Assembly (NCBI GenBank): GCA_030167865.1 | Contig: JALAGF010003322.1 | Span: 1-48,431 of the forward strand | Origin: Craspedostauros australis | Taxonomy: Eukaryota | Length of the DNA: 48,431 bases | Reading direction: 5' to 3' | Shown here: positions 10,336 through 21,144 of the stretch, piece after piece | Numbering within the stretch: the stretch's first letter is position 1 | Layout of the letters: each line of letters opens with the position of its first letter | Position numbers and translations under genes: made by a program | The notes under the pieces: generated by a model | Told to the model about the DNA's origin: nothing | The model's input: the letters and a program-made list of their open reading frames with translations, nothing else | Database searches by the model: none

Positions 10336-13300
10336 ATGAGCGCACCACCATTCCCACCGCCGCCACCGCCGCCGCCACCACCTGGAGGAGGAGGAGGCAA
10401 CGATCCCAAGGAGTTCAGCTTCGGAGCGCTGCGCCCGGGTCCTCCTCCGCCGAGGAATGCCGGCGCGAATTCCAACCAACAGCAGGAGTTCACCGTGGTT
10501 CCTCCACCACCTCCTCCTCCGCCATCGTCCAACTCCTCGTCTTCGCCCACGGTTGGCGCAGGCAATGCCCGAGGCACTGCTCGAGGCGGCCCCCGCCCTC
10601 CACCACAGCCCATGCATTCGTACGGTCAGACGCACAGCGCATCGCCATCCATTCCTGTGCTCAGCAGCGCACCTCCCTCAGGCAACTTTGATCATCCTCT
10701 TGCCTTTGCGGATCATGACATGGACCAGCAATACCCACAGCAGCTGCAGCAGCAACACGCCCTTCCCAGGTCAGGCTTCTCACCACCGCGTCCTCTGGTG
10801 CCGCCTCCGCCGCAAGCTGCAACCGCGAACCCAAACGCGGCGTTCCGACCTCCTCCCCCGCCACCGCCAAATACGAGTACCAAGCCCACCGTCGCCAATC
10901 AGATGCCCCTTCCGCCTCCGCCCAACAGGCCCAGCAGACCGACCACAACAGCAACCTCGTCCATGGCCATGATGATGATGGCGGCAGACAAGTCCACTGC
11001 CTTGGCGGACACGGACAACACATCGCAGACGTCGGGCAACTCCACCTCCGATCTCACGGCACCGATCCGAAACACCGCCACGGAATCCATTTCGGCCAAA
11101 GCCACGGAGCCACCCTACGTGCCGCTCATGACATTTGCCAGCGCCAACAAACCGACGGGGCCATCTCGCAGGAACAACCCGGCCATCGACAACCTCTCCG
11201 CCGTGCTCGCGCGCCGTCACACGCATATCCCCGTCCTCATCATCGCCACGGAACAGGCCAACCGCCTCGCATGGAAGAATGGGCTGCGTCTGTGCGACAT
11301 GTTCCAAGGATTGTGTCAGAGCGACACGGGCGCGGGCGGCGGCGCCTCCGGTGGCGGTGCCGCAGGGGGATCCGGCGGTTGGATGCGCAACATCGGCGGG
11401 CAGATCCCGCCCTTCCGCTCCATCAACAAATCCATCGTCCTCAACCCATCGCAGATACATCTCCAGTTCGTGGAACCGGATCGCGCCAGCATATGCTCCA
11501 ACCCCAACGAGCTGCTCTATCAGCACGCCCTGCTGCAGGAGGCCGACGGAAACTTGCAGCAGGAGCTCGTGCTACTCGAAGATCGCGTCGACGAGCTGCT
11601 GCAGTCGCAACCCAACAAGCGCGGGGCCTGCGTCTACGATCAGGTCGGTGCGGATGGCAGCGCCGCGGGTGGTTCGTCCAACGGCGGTGCGCGTGGACCA
11701 TCCGCGTCGTCGACCGATGATGAGTCCTTGGAGGAGGTCGTCAAGGGGGCCTACCAGCTCACGTCGCCTCTGGAAATCCCCTGGTTGGTACGCTACCGCA
11801 ACGCCCTCGACGCCTCCACGGATCATCTGCCGCACGACCTCATTGCCTGTCCTCCCGTCGTGGTCCATGTCTGCACGACGCAGGAAGTCGAACCGCCGTT
11901 GGACGTTCTCAAGGAGCTCACCTACTCGCCGCAGTACCTGCCGGACTCATTCTCCAACGCCCGCGGCATGTACGACGCCACCAAACTGCGACAGGAGGTC
12001 CTCGTCCTGCACGATGCCACGGAAGGTCCCGAAACGCAAGACAACGACCTGCTCAAGGAACAGCTGTCCCTCAGGTTCGGCCGCAACACGGAGGTCCTCA
12101 CCATCAACTCCGTCCTGCCCGGCACGGCAAAGGCCTTGGCCCTGCAGGAGACGGCCGATCTGTGGGGTGGCAAAGGCCAGAAGGGCAATTACCTCTCCAT
12201 GAGCGACCGCGTGGCCTTGCGCCGGTATTTCACCAACCTGGTCTGGAGCAGCATCGTGCCGGCCTTGGAACGGCGCGTCGCTGATCTCAACGGCATCGTC
12301 AACGAACGCAAGCGCGGCGTGCGCAACGTCCTCAAGAGCTTTTGGCGCAAGCCCAAGGACGAGAAGCCCATCGGACCCAGCGCGACAGGCACGGAGGTGG
12401 CGCTGTCCGATGGCGCTGGCAAACCGATCGAAGTCGAGGAGGTCAAGTACCGCCACGGAACCATCGAGAGTCAGACCCGACTGCTGGCGGACACGCTGTT
12501 CCTCCTGCGGGACTACGATGCGGCGATCAGCATTTACAGGCTCATCCGGGATGATTACAAATCGGACAAGGCCAACGCCCACTACGGCAGCGTCAACGAG
12601 ATGATGGCGTTGTGTCTCTACCACATGGACCCGTACGGTCGCGCGAAGGAAATATTTGGGTATCTCGAAAACGCGCTCTTCAGCTACATGAAGGCCGGCG
12701 AGGAGGAGCAGGATCGTGTCCTCAAGCAGGGCGGAGGTGCGGCCGGCAACGTCTCTGCACGTCCCACTTCGGCTCCGGCATCCACCAGATTGGCAACGCG
12801 CCTGTGCTTGGTCATGGCGGCCGCACAGAGCATCACCACGGGCAGGGAAGTGGAGGTGGCGGATTTGTTGGCGTCAGCGTCGTCGCATGAAACCGCCTTG
12901 GGTGCGGCCGTTCTGTTGGAGCAATCGTCAGCATTCTACTTCAAGGCCGATATGTATCGCAAGTACGCATTCCACATGCTCATGAGCGGTCACATGTTCC
13001 GTTCGGCGCAGCAGGAGCACCATGCCTTCCGTTGCTTCACGTGTGCTCTATACGTCTACAGGCATGGACAATGGCGCGAACTGCACAACCATCTGCGATC
13101 CGCGTTGGCCGGGCAGCTGTACAGCATGGGACGGTTCGCCGTGTCGCTGCAGCTGTACGCCAAGCTGGTGGGACTGGAGCCAGGCGAAACGCGCGGTGCC
13201 AAGGTGTCCACGAAGTCGCAGCAAAAGTTTCTGGAGAACATCATTGCCATTTGCGTCGACCATCACAAGAAGGCGTTGGCGTGCGCCGATCGCATGGCGG

Positions 13301-15945
13301 CACCGCCCTTCGTCAGTCGGCAAGAACGCGAGCGTGTCCGCAAGGAGCAGCTGGAGCGCATCGTGCAGGTCATTCGATTCACGAAGGGCGCATCGCGAGT
13401 TTTGGAATTGCCCAACATGAGGTTGCCCTACGTCGATGATCAATCTGTCAAGGTTTGGACGGCGGCCGAGGACTACCACGGAGGCGACGTTGGCGATGAC
13501 AAGCATGATTCATCGCAAGAGATTGTGGAGATGACGAGTTTGGGACAGCTCGGCAGCGGGGAGGAGCGTGTTTGGAACGAGCTCATGATGACGGCGACGG
13601 CAGAGCTGAAGGCCAGCAGGTCAGCAAACACGGGCTCGCTGGATGAAAGCACGTCAAAGGCACTCGAAAAGATCGGCGACAAAGCCCTGCGCAAGGTCAT
13701 CGCTCAGATCGACAAGGAGAAGCAAAATGAAAGCCTCGCGGAACGGTCAAAGCGCAAGTCCGGTTACAAGGAAACGCCAAAGGCCCGTTCCAACCGCGAG
13801 CCCATGTTTGTCGATTTCGACATCACGAACCCACTCAGCGTCGAGATCCAACTCAATTCCATCCAGCTCGTCGCCACCATGAATGCGAAAGACGACAGCG
13901 TCTGCACCTGTCAGGCTGGCATCAATATCGCCTCCATGTCCAAAAATGCCGACAAGGCGCAGAAAACATGGACGTTTGCGACATCCAACGATACATTCGA
14001 GGTTGCGCAGTTCTGCCGCATCGCACCTACCGGCAAGAAGTCCTGGCGATCGGCATCGGAAGTCCCGCCGTTCTTTGTCGTGACGAAGGTGGACCAGACC
14101 TTGGCACCGAACGAGTCCATCAAGCTGTCCCTGGGTATCGCTCCCCTTGTGGAAGGTGATTTGGAAATCCTCGGTGTCCGATTCAAGTTGTCGGACGCTG
14201 TGTGGATGTACCATCCGTTCCACATTCGAGGACCGCTGCTGAAGAACACGAGAGCGAACATCGAGCAGCGCGTTCGTGGCAAGTCCATGCTGCTGAAGGC
14301 AAAGATCGAAGCCGAGATGCCGTGCCTCACAGTCAAGATGATCCCGCACAAGGTCGGTCTGACGACGGATCATCAACCGCTTCTCGACGGACAGATCAGT
14401 TCGTGGACGCTGCAAGTATCGAATGTCGGCAACGCACCTGCCGGTGGAATCCACCTGAAGACCAACCAACCGTGGATCAACGTCGGTGCAGGCGATACTG
14501 TTGCTACCGGTGGTGGCGTCGCAATTACTGAGTCGATATCGGCATGCATTGGCCCAACGGGAACGCTCATGGCTCTTCCGATGCAGGATGCCTCGTTGCA
14601 AGTGCCAGGTCAAATCCAACCCGGCGAGAGCATCGACATCCCAATCAAGCTTCGTACTTCCGGTGTGGACAAGGAAGATTTTTACATGCTGTACCGGTAC
14701 GAGCTTCCGAATTCGGACCGTGTGCGTTGGCTGAAGAAGATGTTCTGCGTGACGGTCTTTCCCTCCGTGTCACTGTCCACGTCGGTCGTGGCATCGTCAT
14801 GGAACGACAACGAGTACCTGCTTGGAGTGGAGGTGTCGAATCACAGGAAAGATCAACCAACCGATTTGTTCGTGACGTTGGAGGAAATCAACCTGCTGAG
14901 TCGGCAGTACAAGCTGGAAGCAATTCCCGATCAGTACGCCGCCGCCACCCTTCGTCTGAATTGGCAGGAACGCGTCACGCTCCATTTCCGGCTTTTGCCG
15001 CTGGTCGACAGTGGTGACGGTGCGGCTGCAAGTGGCGAAGATTATTCCAAGCTCCCCATTTCGACGGCCGCGCTGGGAACGACTCCAGCCAAAGGTTGTG
15101 CGGACCCATCAATCGCCAACTACGTCGCGTTAGAACGTGCGACGGAGGACTTCGAAACGACGTGGGAAGGACATCAGGAGGAGCTGCTGCGGATGGTGGA
15201 CGGTGAAGAGGAGCAACCGAGGTCAATCTCTTCCATCCGAAGAGCCAACACGCCGGATGTCGCGTACGGACAGCAAGACGATGCATCGAGGACGGATGAG
15301 AAGGAAGTGCCGATACATCCGACTTCCATCGCGAGGCTGTGCCCACCTGGACCGGTGAGCGAGGCATTTGTTCATGTGATTTGCAACTGGAGCATCGGCA
15401 ACATTGCTGGCGCAAACAACGGAGATGACCCCTCTCCGCCACAGCACCAAACAATGCCAACCTTGTCCGGAGAACATCACGTGCGAGACATCTCAGTTCG
15501 ATCCACCGACACCCCGGCTCGGGACAGTCTGATCCGCAGCTGCCCAATCACTGCCACTGCGATCCTGCCGAAGACTGTCTCGAACAACTTCGCCGAAGGC
15601 CCCGCAATGGCATCAGTCGTTGTCACGCTGCGCAATCAGCTCGTGGATAAGCCTGTGAAATTCTCCGTTGACATCGAAGAACTGCTGGCCTGCGAATTGA
15701 CTGGCGTTCAAGCCAGTGCGTTCACGCTGGATGCGGGAGAGGAAGTCCAAATTCCGTTCGAGGCGTTGATTTATCAACCGGGAATTCACAACTTGCAGAT
15801 GCTCCGGATCACCCTGAAGGATGAGAATAGCGACGGTAACCATGGCGACGACGACATGTTTCAGACCGAAGCTCACTCATTCCATTTCCCGATGCAGCAA
15901 TGGCTGGTGAATGCTATCGATACGAGCATTTCCGCGGCACCATGA
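10336..15945 (+). CDS. TRAPPC8: Trafficking protein particle complex III subunit TRAPPC8/Trs85
   Basis: 1869-aa ORF with motifs typical of Trs85/TRAPPC8 (IESQTRLLADTLFLLRDYDAA, YRKYAFHMLMSGHMF, ITNPLSVEIQL, Ig-like C-terminal domains); polyproline N-terminal extension. Confidence 0.88.
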   Translation: MSAPPFPPPPPPPPPPGGGGGNDPKEFSFGALRPGPPPPRNAGANSNQQQEFTVVPPPPPPPPSSNSSSSPTVGAGNARGTARGGPRPPPQPMHSYGQTHSASPSIPVLSSAPPSGNFDHPLAFADHDMDQQYPQQLQQQHALPRSGFSPPRPLVPPPPQAATANPNAAFRPPPPPPPNTSTKPTVANQMPLPPPPNRPSRPTTTATSSMAMMMMAADKSTALADTDNTSQTSGNSTSDLTAPIRNTATESISAKATEPPYVPLMTFASANKPTGPSRRNNPAIDNLSAVLARRHTHIPVLIIATEQANRLAWKNGLRLCDMFQGLCQSDTGAGGGASGGGAAGGSGGWMRNIGGQIPPFRSINKSIVLNPSQIHLQFVEPDRASICSNPNELLYQHALLQEADGNLQQELVLLEDRVDELLQSQPNKRGACVYDQVGADGSAAGGSSNGGARGPSASSTDDESLEEVVKGAYQLTSPLEIPWLVRYRNALDASTDHLPHDLIACPPVVVHVCTTQEVEPPLDVLKELTYSPQYLPDSFSNARGMYDATKLRQEVLVLHDATEGPETQDNDLLKEQLSLRFGRNTEVLTINSVLPGTAKALALQETADLWGGKGQKGNYLSMSDRVALRRYFTNLVWSSIVPALERRVADLNGIVNERKRGVRNVLKSFWRKPKDEKPIGPSATGTEVALSDGAGKPIEVEEVKYRHGTIESQTRLLADTLFLLRDYDAAISIYRLIRDDYKSDKANAHYGSVNEMMALCLYHMDPYGRAKEIFGYLENALFSYMKAGEEEQDRVLKQGGGAAGNVSARPTSAPASTRLATRLCLVMAAAQSITTGREVEVADLLASASSHETALGAAVLLEQSSAFYFKADMYRKYAFHMLMSGHMFRSAQQEHHAFRCFTCALYVYRHGQWRELHNHLRSALAGQLYSMGRFAVSLQLYAKLVGLEPGETRGAKVSTKSQQKFLENIIAICVDHHKKALACADRMAAPPFVSRQERERVRKEQLERIVQVIRFTKGASRVLELPNMRLPYVDDQSVKVWTAAEDYHGGDVGDDKHDSSQEIVEMTSLGQLGSGEERVWNELMMTATAELKASRSANTGSLDESTSKALEKIGDKALRKVIAQIDKEKQNESLAERSKRKSGYKETPKARSNREPMFVDFDITNPLSVEIQLNSIQLVATMNAKDDSVCTCQAGINIASMSKNADKAQKTWTFATSNDTFEVAQFCRIAPTGKKSWRSASEVPPFFVVTKVDQTLAPNESIKLSLGIAPLVEGDLEILGVRFKLSDAVWMYHPFHIRGPLLKNTRANIEQRVRGKSMLLKAKIEAEMPCLTVKMIPHKVGLTTDHQPLLDGQISSWTLQVSNVGNAPAGGIHLKTNQPWINVGAGDTVATGGGVAITESISACIGPTGTLMALPMQDASLQVPGQIQPGESIDIPIKLRTSGVDKEDFYMLYRYELPNSDRVRWLKKMFCVTVFPSVSLSTSVVASSWNDNEYLLGVEVSNHRKDQPTDLFVTLEEINLLSRQYKLEAIPDQYAAATLRLNWQERVTLHFRLLPLVDSGDGAAASGEDYSKLPISTAALGTTPAKGCADPSIANYVALERATEDFETTWEGHQEELLRMVDGEEEQPRSISSIRRANTPDVAYGQQDDASRTDEKEVPIHPTSIARLCPPGPVSEAFVHVICNWSIGNIAGANNGDDPSPPQHQTMPTLSGEHHVRDISVRSTDTPARDSLIRSCPITATAILPKTVSNNFAEGPAMASVVVTLRNQLVDKPVKFSVDIEELLACELTGVQASAFTLDAGEEVQIPFEALIYQPGIHNLQMLRITLKDENSDGNHGDDDMFQTEAHSFHFPMQQWLVNAIDTSISAAP

Positions 15946-16181
15946 CAATGTGACAACAGTGAAATACAATAAATAACATGATAGAGCAGTTTGGAACAGC
16001 AAACAGAAATTTGCTAGAGAGCATACTTGCTGTATGGTGCCTTGTCGTGTCGTGTGAAGTTTGCTTCATCCTATGATAGGTTCGAATACGGCACGAGCTA
16101 CGAGAGTGTTGAGGTGAGGATTGCTTGCATCCCTGAGGCATCTTCTGTTGCACCCGAAGGCATGACGTTTGATCAGGCGTT

Positions 16182-18839
16182 TCAAGGATCGCAATCCATC
16201 GGTTGTGCAGGAGCCCCGTTGGATTCTCCTCCTTTCGATTCACTTGCAGTTGCTTTGTTTTCAGCAATAGGAGATGCCGGCTCTGTTGCGTGCGAACACT
16301 CCAAATCCTTTTCATCGTCTGGCAATTCATCTTGCGACGCTGTGTGTTTAGCAGATGTGCCTTCTTGACTAGGATTCTGTGATGCATCCTCAGACAGTAC
16401 CTTCGCGTTGTCCTGTGAGATGATACCACTTGCGATCTCCGATGCAACATTCTCTGCAGAAGCCTTCGACAAAGCAGCCTCCTTGGAGACCGGTTCAATC
16501 TGCATCTCTGTTGGAATCGTCCAGTCTTCGCGAGCAGATTCCGCAACCTCCGTGGGATCAACTTGACTAGTGGGGGCTGTGATTTCCTCTCTGAGAATAC
16601 GACCAGCATCACCGTCGATGTCGATCTCGTTGTCGTCGCCAACACCCGCGTTGGCTACGGACGCGGACGCGGACGTGGACGCAGACGTTGATGGATCTGC
16701 TTGCACTTGCAACGCAGCGGCATCATTGCTGGCTTCATCTTTTGGAGGGACGTATTCGTCGCAAGGGTCCGGAGCTGTCTCGAGAATCGGAGAGTCTGCG
16801 CGGTTCGATTCGCTGCTCTGGGTATCCAATTGATTGCGATCAACTTCACCTGCTTCAGCAACGGTAGTTGAATCGTGCGAACCTGCCGGTGACTGAGCTG
16901 GCTTGTGCGGCAGTGGAGTGGCTTGTTGGTCGACATCGTCATTCTGAGAAGACGCGCAGTCCATATCATCTTTGGTTTCATCCGCGATAGGAAACGCCGT
17001 GCTCTCTTCGCAGTTCGCAATCTGTTCGTTCAGATCTCGAATGAAGGCTTCCGTGTCCCATTCATGGCCTTCATCGTTGAGCAAAGCATCGCATTCTTTC
17101 ACCAATGCATTGCCTTGCTTCGACTGGAGGAGCTGGGCCTCGGTGGTTTGAATCAAGTGCGCATTGTCACGAATCTGTTGTTCCAGCTCTGCGAACATGT
17201 TGATGAGCTGGTGGTATCGATACAGATTATTGGAATGGGCTTTTGCGAATGCTACATTGAGCTGGGTGAGTTGCTGGTTGATGTACTGATCCATATCCCG
17301 ACAATCGCTGAGATCTGCGAGGCATTTGGAAGACAAGATTTCGAACTCCGAGGCGAAATTGTCCAAGAAATCTTCGTCATCATCTTGACCTTGACCTTGC
17401 TGGTCCTTCTTGCCATGTTGCTGGTCCGTCTGTTGCCGCTGCTGGCCTATTGGCGATGCTGTCAAACGAGAGGACGGTTGCGAAGAGGGAAGGGCGAAGT
17501 CAGTGAGGACAAACACAATGTGAGACGAGGATGTTCAGTTGCTGCTCATTGTCTGTCCATTTGGTGCGCGCAGATATCAGTTCATACCTTGTGCGACTGG
17601 GCTGTCTACCCTGTTGGCATTGGGATGATGGTCGGCGAGCGGGCGGTGATCCACGTCTTGCTGCGGATCGGGTGTGATGGCGTTGGCATACGTCTTGCTT
17701 GCTTTTCGGTTGGTTGCGTTGCGATAGCTGTCGGATTTGGACGGGGTAATGAAAGACTTGTGGGGCGTGGCCAATGGAGGACGTCTCGGAGGTATGCATG
17801 GAGTGGTGGAAGTGCCACGGTTGATCACATGCGGGGAAGACTGTTTCAGTGTCGGCGGATTGCGAGACTGCGTTTCCCGCGACCTGGGCTCTTTCTGGTC
17901 TTTGTCAGCCGTCGGGGTCGCGTTCGCTGCACCAGAATGAAACAGCGGCACTTTCTGTCTCGGCACGACTTTGGGCGCGCTGTTGGTGGGAGCAGCAGAG
18001 TCCGTCGTCTTGGATGTCTTGGGCGGTGGTGGCAGCACACGGGTGAAGTCACTCGGTTCCAATACGCTGAACACTCGCACACCTGGCGCCGCCTTCGGAA
18101 CGATGGCCGTGTCGCAGCGCGGGGTTTGTGACGCGGACGACGGTGCCACAGCGCTGCTCTGCTCGTTTGGATCATCGTTTTGGCTTTGGTCGTTCTCGCT
18201 GTTGTCGTCATGTTGAGGCTGTCCAGTAGCTTGCTTTCGCGATGGTGGTGGCGGGCGGGGTGCGGACTTCCGTGGTCTGTCGATCATCGGTTTCGCGGTT
18301 TGGCGAGGTGTGGATGAAGGGGCTGCCATTGGTGCTGTTTCCGTTGGCGCGGATGGCGTCTTGTGGTCAACATTTGCCTTTTGGATCGAGCAGCTGCTGC
18401 TTTCGTTGCCGTTTCCAATGTGAGTGCTGTTGTCGTTGGGTTGCGGAGTGGCGGAGCTGGTGTTGGTTTTGCGCCTCGATGCGAACAACTTGAGACCGCC
18501 ACCATCCGTGGCGTTGCCGCTGGCAGCCTGCGATCCACCCGATGCCGGCGCTGACATGCCACCACCTGCCGCGTTCTGCGAAGAACCGTCTTGCGTCGCC
18601 GTCGGCAATGGTTTGTCGATGTTCCAATCCGCGCCACCTTGGGTGGACGCAGCATCGAAGGTATCGTTGAGAAAGGAATCATCAAAGGCGAAGTCGACGT
18701 CGCCAATGGCGCCGAAATCAAAGCCCGCGTCAGCATCTTCCGCAAAGTTGGAGGCAGGACCGGCTGCTGCTTCTGAATCATCGACGGGCTTGGCGGCCTT
18801 CTTTGGCTTGCGATCGGCGAAGAATCCAATCCCAGGCAT
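16182..18839 (-). CDS. Hypothetical low-complexity protein with a central coiled coil; 2 exons (18839-17588, 17458-16182)
   Basis: Two adjacent ORFs joined in frame by intron 17587-17459 (GTATGA donor, CACTGAC branch-like site, TTGACAG acceptor); about 842 aa, Pro/Ser/Thr-rich N-terminal half and acidic C-terminal half. Confidence 0.7.
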
Positions 18840-19633
18840 GATGATGATCTGTGTTCAAGTCTGTCTCTCGTTGGTAGATGGGGGATGGATGGTGTGGCTT
18901 GCGCCTGTTCACGCCTTCTTGCCTTCTTGCTTGTTCGTCTTGGTGTGTCTTTTTGTGATCCGTCAGCAAGAACGTCTCTCTGGCAGAACGTCTGTCACAA
19001 AGCAAAGCAAAGCAAAAGCGAAGACGACGACAATCACAATGAATGAGAACGAGGGTGAGAGGGATGGTGCAGACGAAGATGCAGTGTGGAAGTGAACACG
19101 AACACATTCCGCACACATACGGTGCGCGCTTGGCGACTCACCTGGTGGCGGCAATCAGAATTGTGGCATGAAGGATCTCTCTTCTGCAATCCAAACATCA
19201 CTGCCTCTCACTTCTCGTGTGTGTTTTCTTGTTCTTGTTGTACCATTTGTTGGCGCGAAAATGTGAGAGGATGAGAACTGGACATGACCGACTCGTGCGA
19301 CTCCTCGGTCAACCGATCAGTCGACTCGATTGACCAACACACAATTCAACGGACCGATGCGAACCCGACTTCGGACACGATGACGAAAAAAATGACCAGA
19401 AATCGTTTTCCCCTTTCGCTTCCGTGTCAACACAAACAACGATGACGGACAACAACCTCCGACGACTCCGATGTTGAAGAGGCACGTCATGTTGCCTCCC
19501 CATTGTTGTGCTGGCATGACCCACGATGTATTCATTGCTCTGTTCATTCTCGCGTCATAGAAAACTCAGACTCACAATCGTCGAGTCGATCCAACGACAC
19601 ACTCAACACCACTCCATTCCACTGTCTTGGACC

Positions 19634-21004
19634 ATGGACAAGCAAGCATTCCTGAAGGTGTTCACGCAGCTGAAGGAGGAGCTGATCGGCGACTTCCAGA
19701 AACTGCCGGGACTCAGCGATGCCCTCAAGGAACAGCTGACGACGTACTACACGCAATGCCTCGAGACCACCGTGCCCGGCGGCAAGATGACGCGCGGATT
19801 GACGGTCGTGCGCGGCGTGGAAGTTCTCAAGGGACGCGCCTTGACCGAGCAGGAGCTGTTTGATGCCTCCGTCCTGGGATGGCAGGTGGAGTGGCTGCAG
19901 GCGTTCTTCCTCGTGGCCGACGACATCATGGATGGCAGCATCACGAGACGTGGCAGCCCCTGCTGGTACAAGCACGCGCACGTCACGCAGGACAACGGCA
20001 TCAACGATGCTCTCTTTCTGGAGAATCTCATCTACAAGTCTCTGCGACGCCACTTCAAGAAGCACCCGTCCTACGTGCAACTCCTCGAGCTCTTCATCGA
20101 TACCACGCATCAGACCGAGGTCGGACAGCACATTGACACCAACGTACGTTGCGCGGTGTCTGTTGGTGCTTAGTGTGCAAGTTGCTGCATGAAGTGTTGC
20201 ATCAAAGTGTTGCATACCATACAAAGATGGATCGATGGATGGATGATCCAGTCATGCAGCAGTCATGCAATGCTGCGAATGCTCTGCCATGGAGTATTCT
20301 GCTTGAGCACCTTTGTGTATTTCCCTCAATTGTTCTCCCACATCTAACACCTTCTTTCGTATTCGCATTCCTGGACCTTCGCTACGATTTCCTGGGACAC
20401 AACAATGACAACCAACAACAACGCAATTCCACAACGTATTATATGATCACAGGGAACACCGTATGCCAATGGAAAGCGCGCTCCGTTGGACCTGTCCCGC
20501 TTCACCTTGGATCGTTACCGTGGATGTGTCCGGTACAAGACATCGTACTACAGCTTCTACTTGAGCTGCGCACTGTCCCTGGCATACTGCGAGGTGCCGG
20601 AGGATTCCGACATGTACCAAAAGGCCAACGATGTTTGCATGCGCCTCGGTGAGTACTTCCAGATCCAGGATGATTATCTTGACGCCTTCGCGCCGCCGGA
20701 GGTGCTCGGCAAGATCGGGACGGACATTGAGGATGCCAAGTGTTCCTGGATGGTGTGCCAGGCTTTGTCGTTGGCCGACGAGGAGCAGAAGGAGGTTCTC
20801 AAGAAGCACTACGGCAAGCACGATCCCGCCGGTGTGGCCAAGGTCAAGGAGCTCTACAAGGAGTTGGGTTTGGAGCGCGTCTACAGCGAATACGAGGAGG
20901 AGCAGAAGAAGGAATGCGACGCTCTCATTGCATCCATCGAACCGGAATCGTTCCAGGACCTCTTCAAGTTCTTGTTGGGCAAGATCTACAAGCGCAGTAA
21001 ATAG
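19634..21004 (+). CDS. FPPS: Farnesyl diphosphate synthase; 2 exons (19634-20143, 20453-21004)
   Basis: PGGKMTRG, first Asp-rich motif FFLVADDIMD, TRRGSPCWY, KTSYYSF, second motif FQIQDDYLD, GKIGTDIEDAKCSW, C-terminal KIYKRSK. Intron 20144-20452 (GTACGT...CACAG) gives 353 aa. Confidence 0.95.
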
Positions 21005-21144
21005 ATTGCTGCTCATGTGCGAGCGAATACTATTATACATTTCTATGCAGAGTGGATTACACTACTGCTCTTCGATATTGTGGCGCATTACGAGCTAGAT
21101 TACCATCTATTATGGGGTTGTGGCCGTCTCCTTCATTTGCGACT

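Noticed and set aside
11135-12202. 355-aa alternate-frame ORF inside TRAPPC8
   Set aside because: Arg/Pro/Ser/Thr-rich off-frame translation typical of high-GC3 genes.
16905-18131. 408-aa plus-strand ORF
   Set aside because: Antisense to the spliced minus-strand gene; no domain signal.
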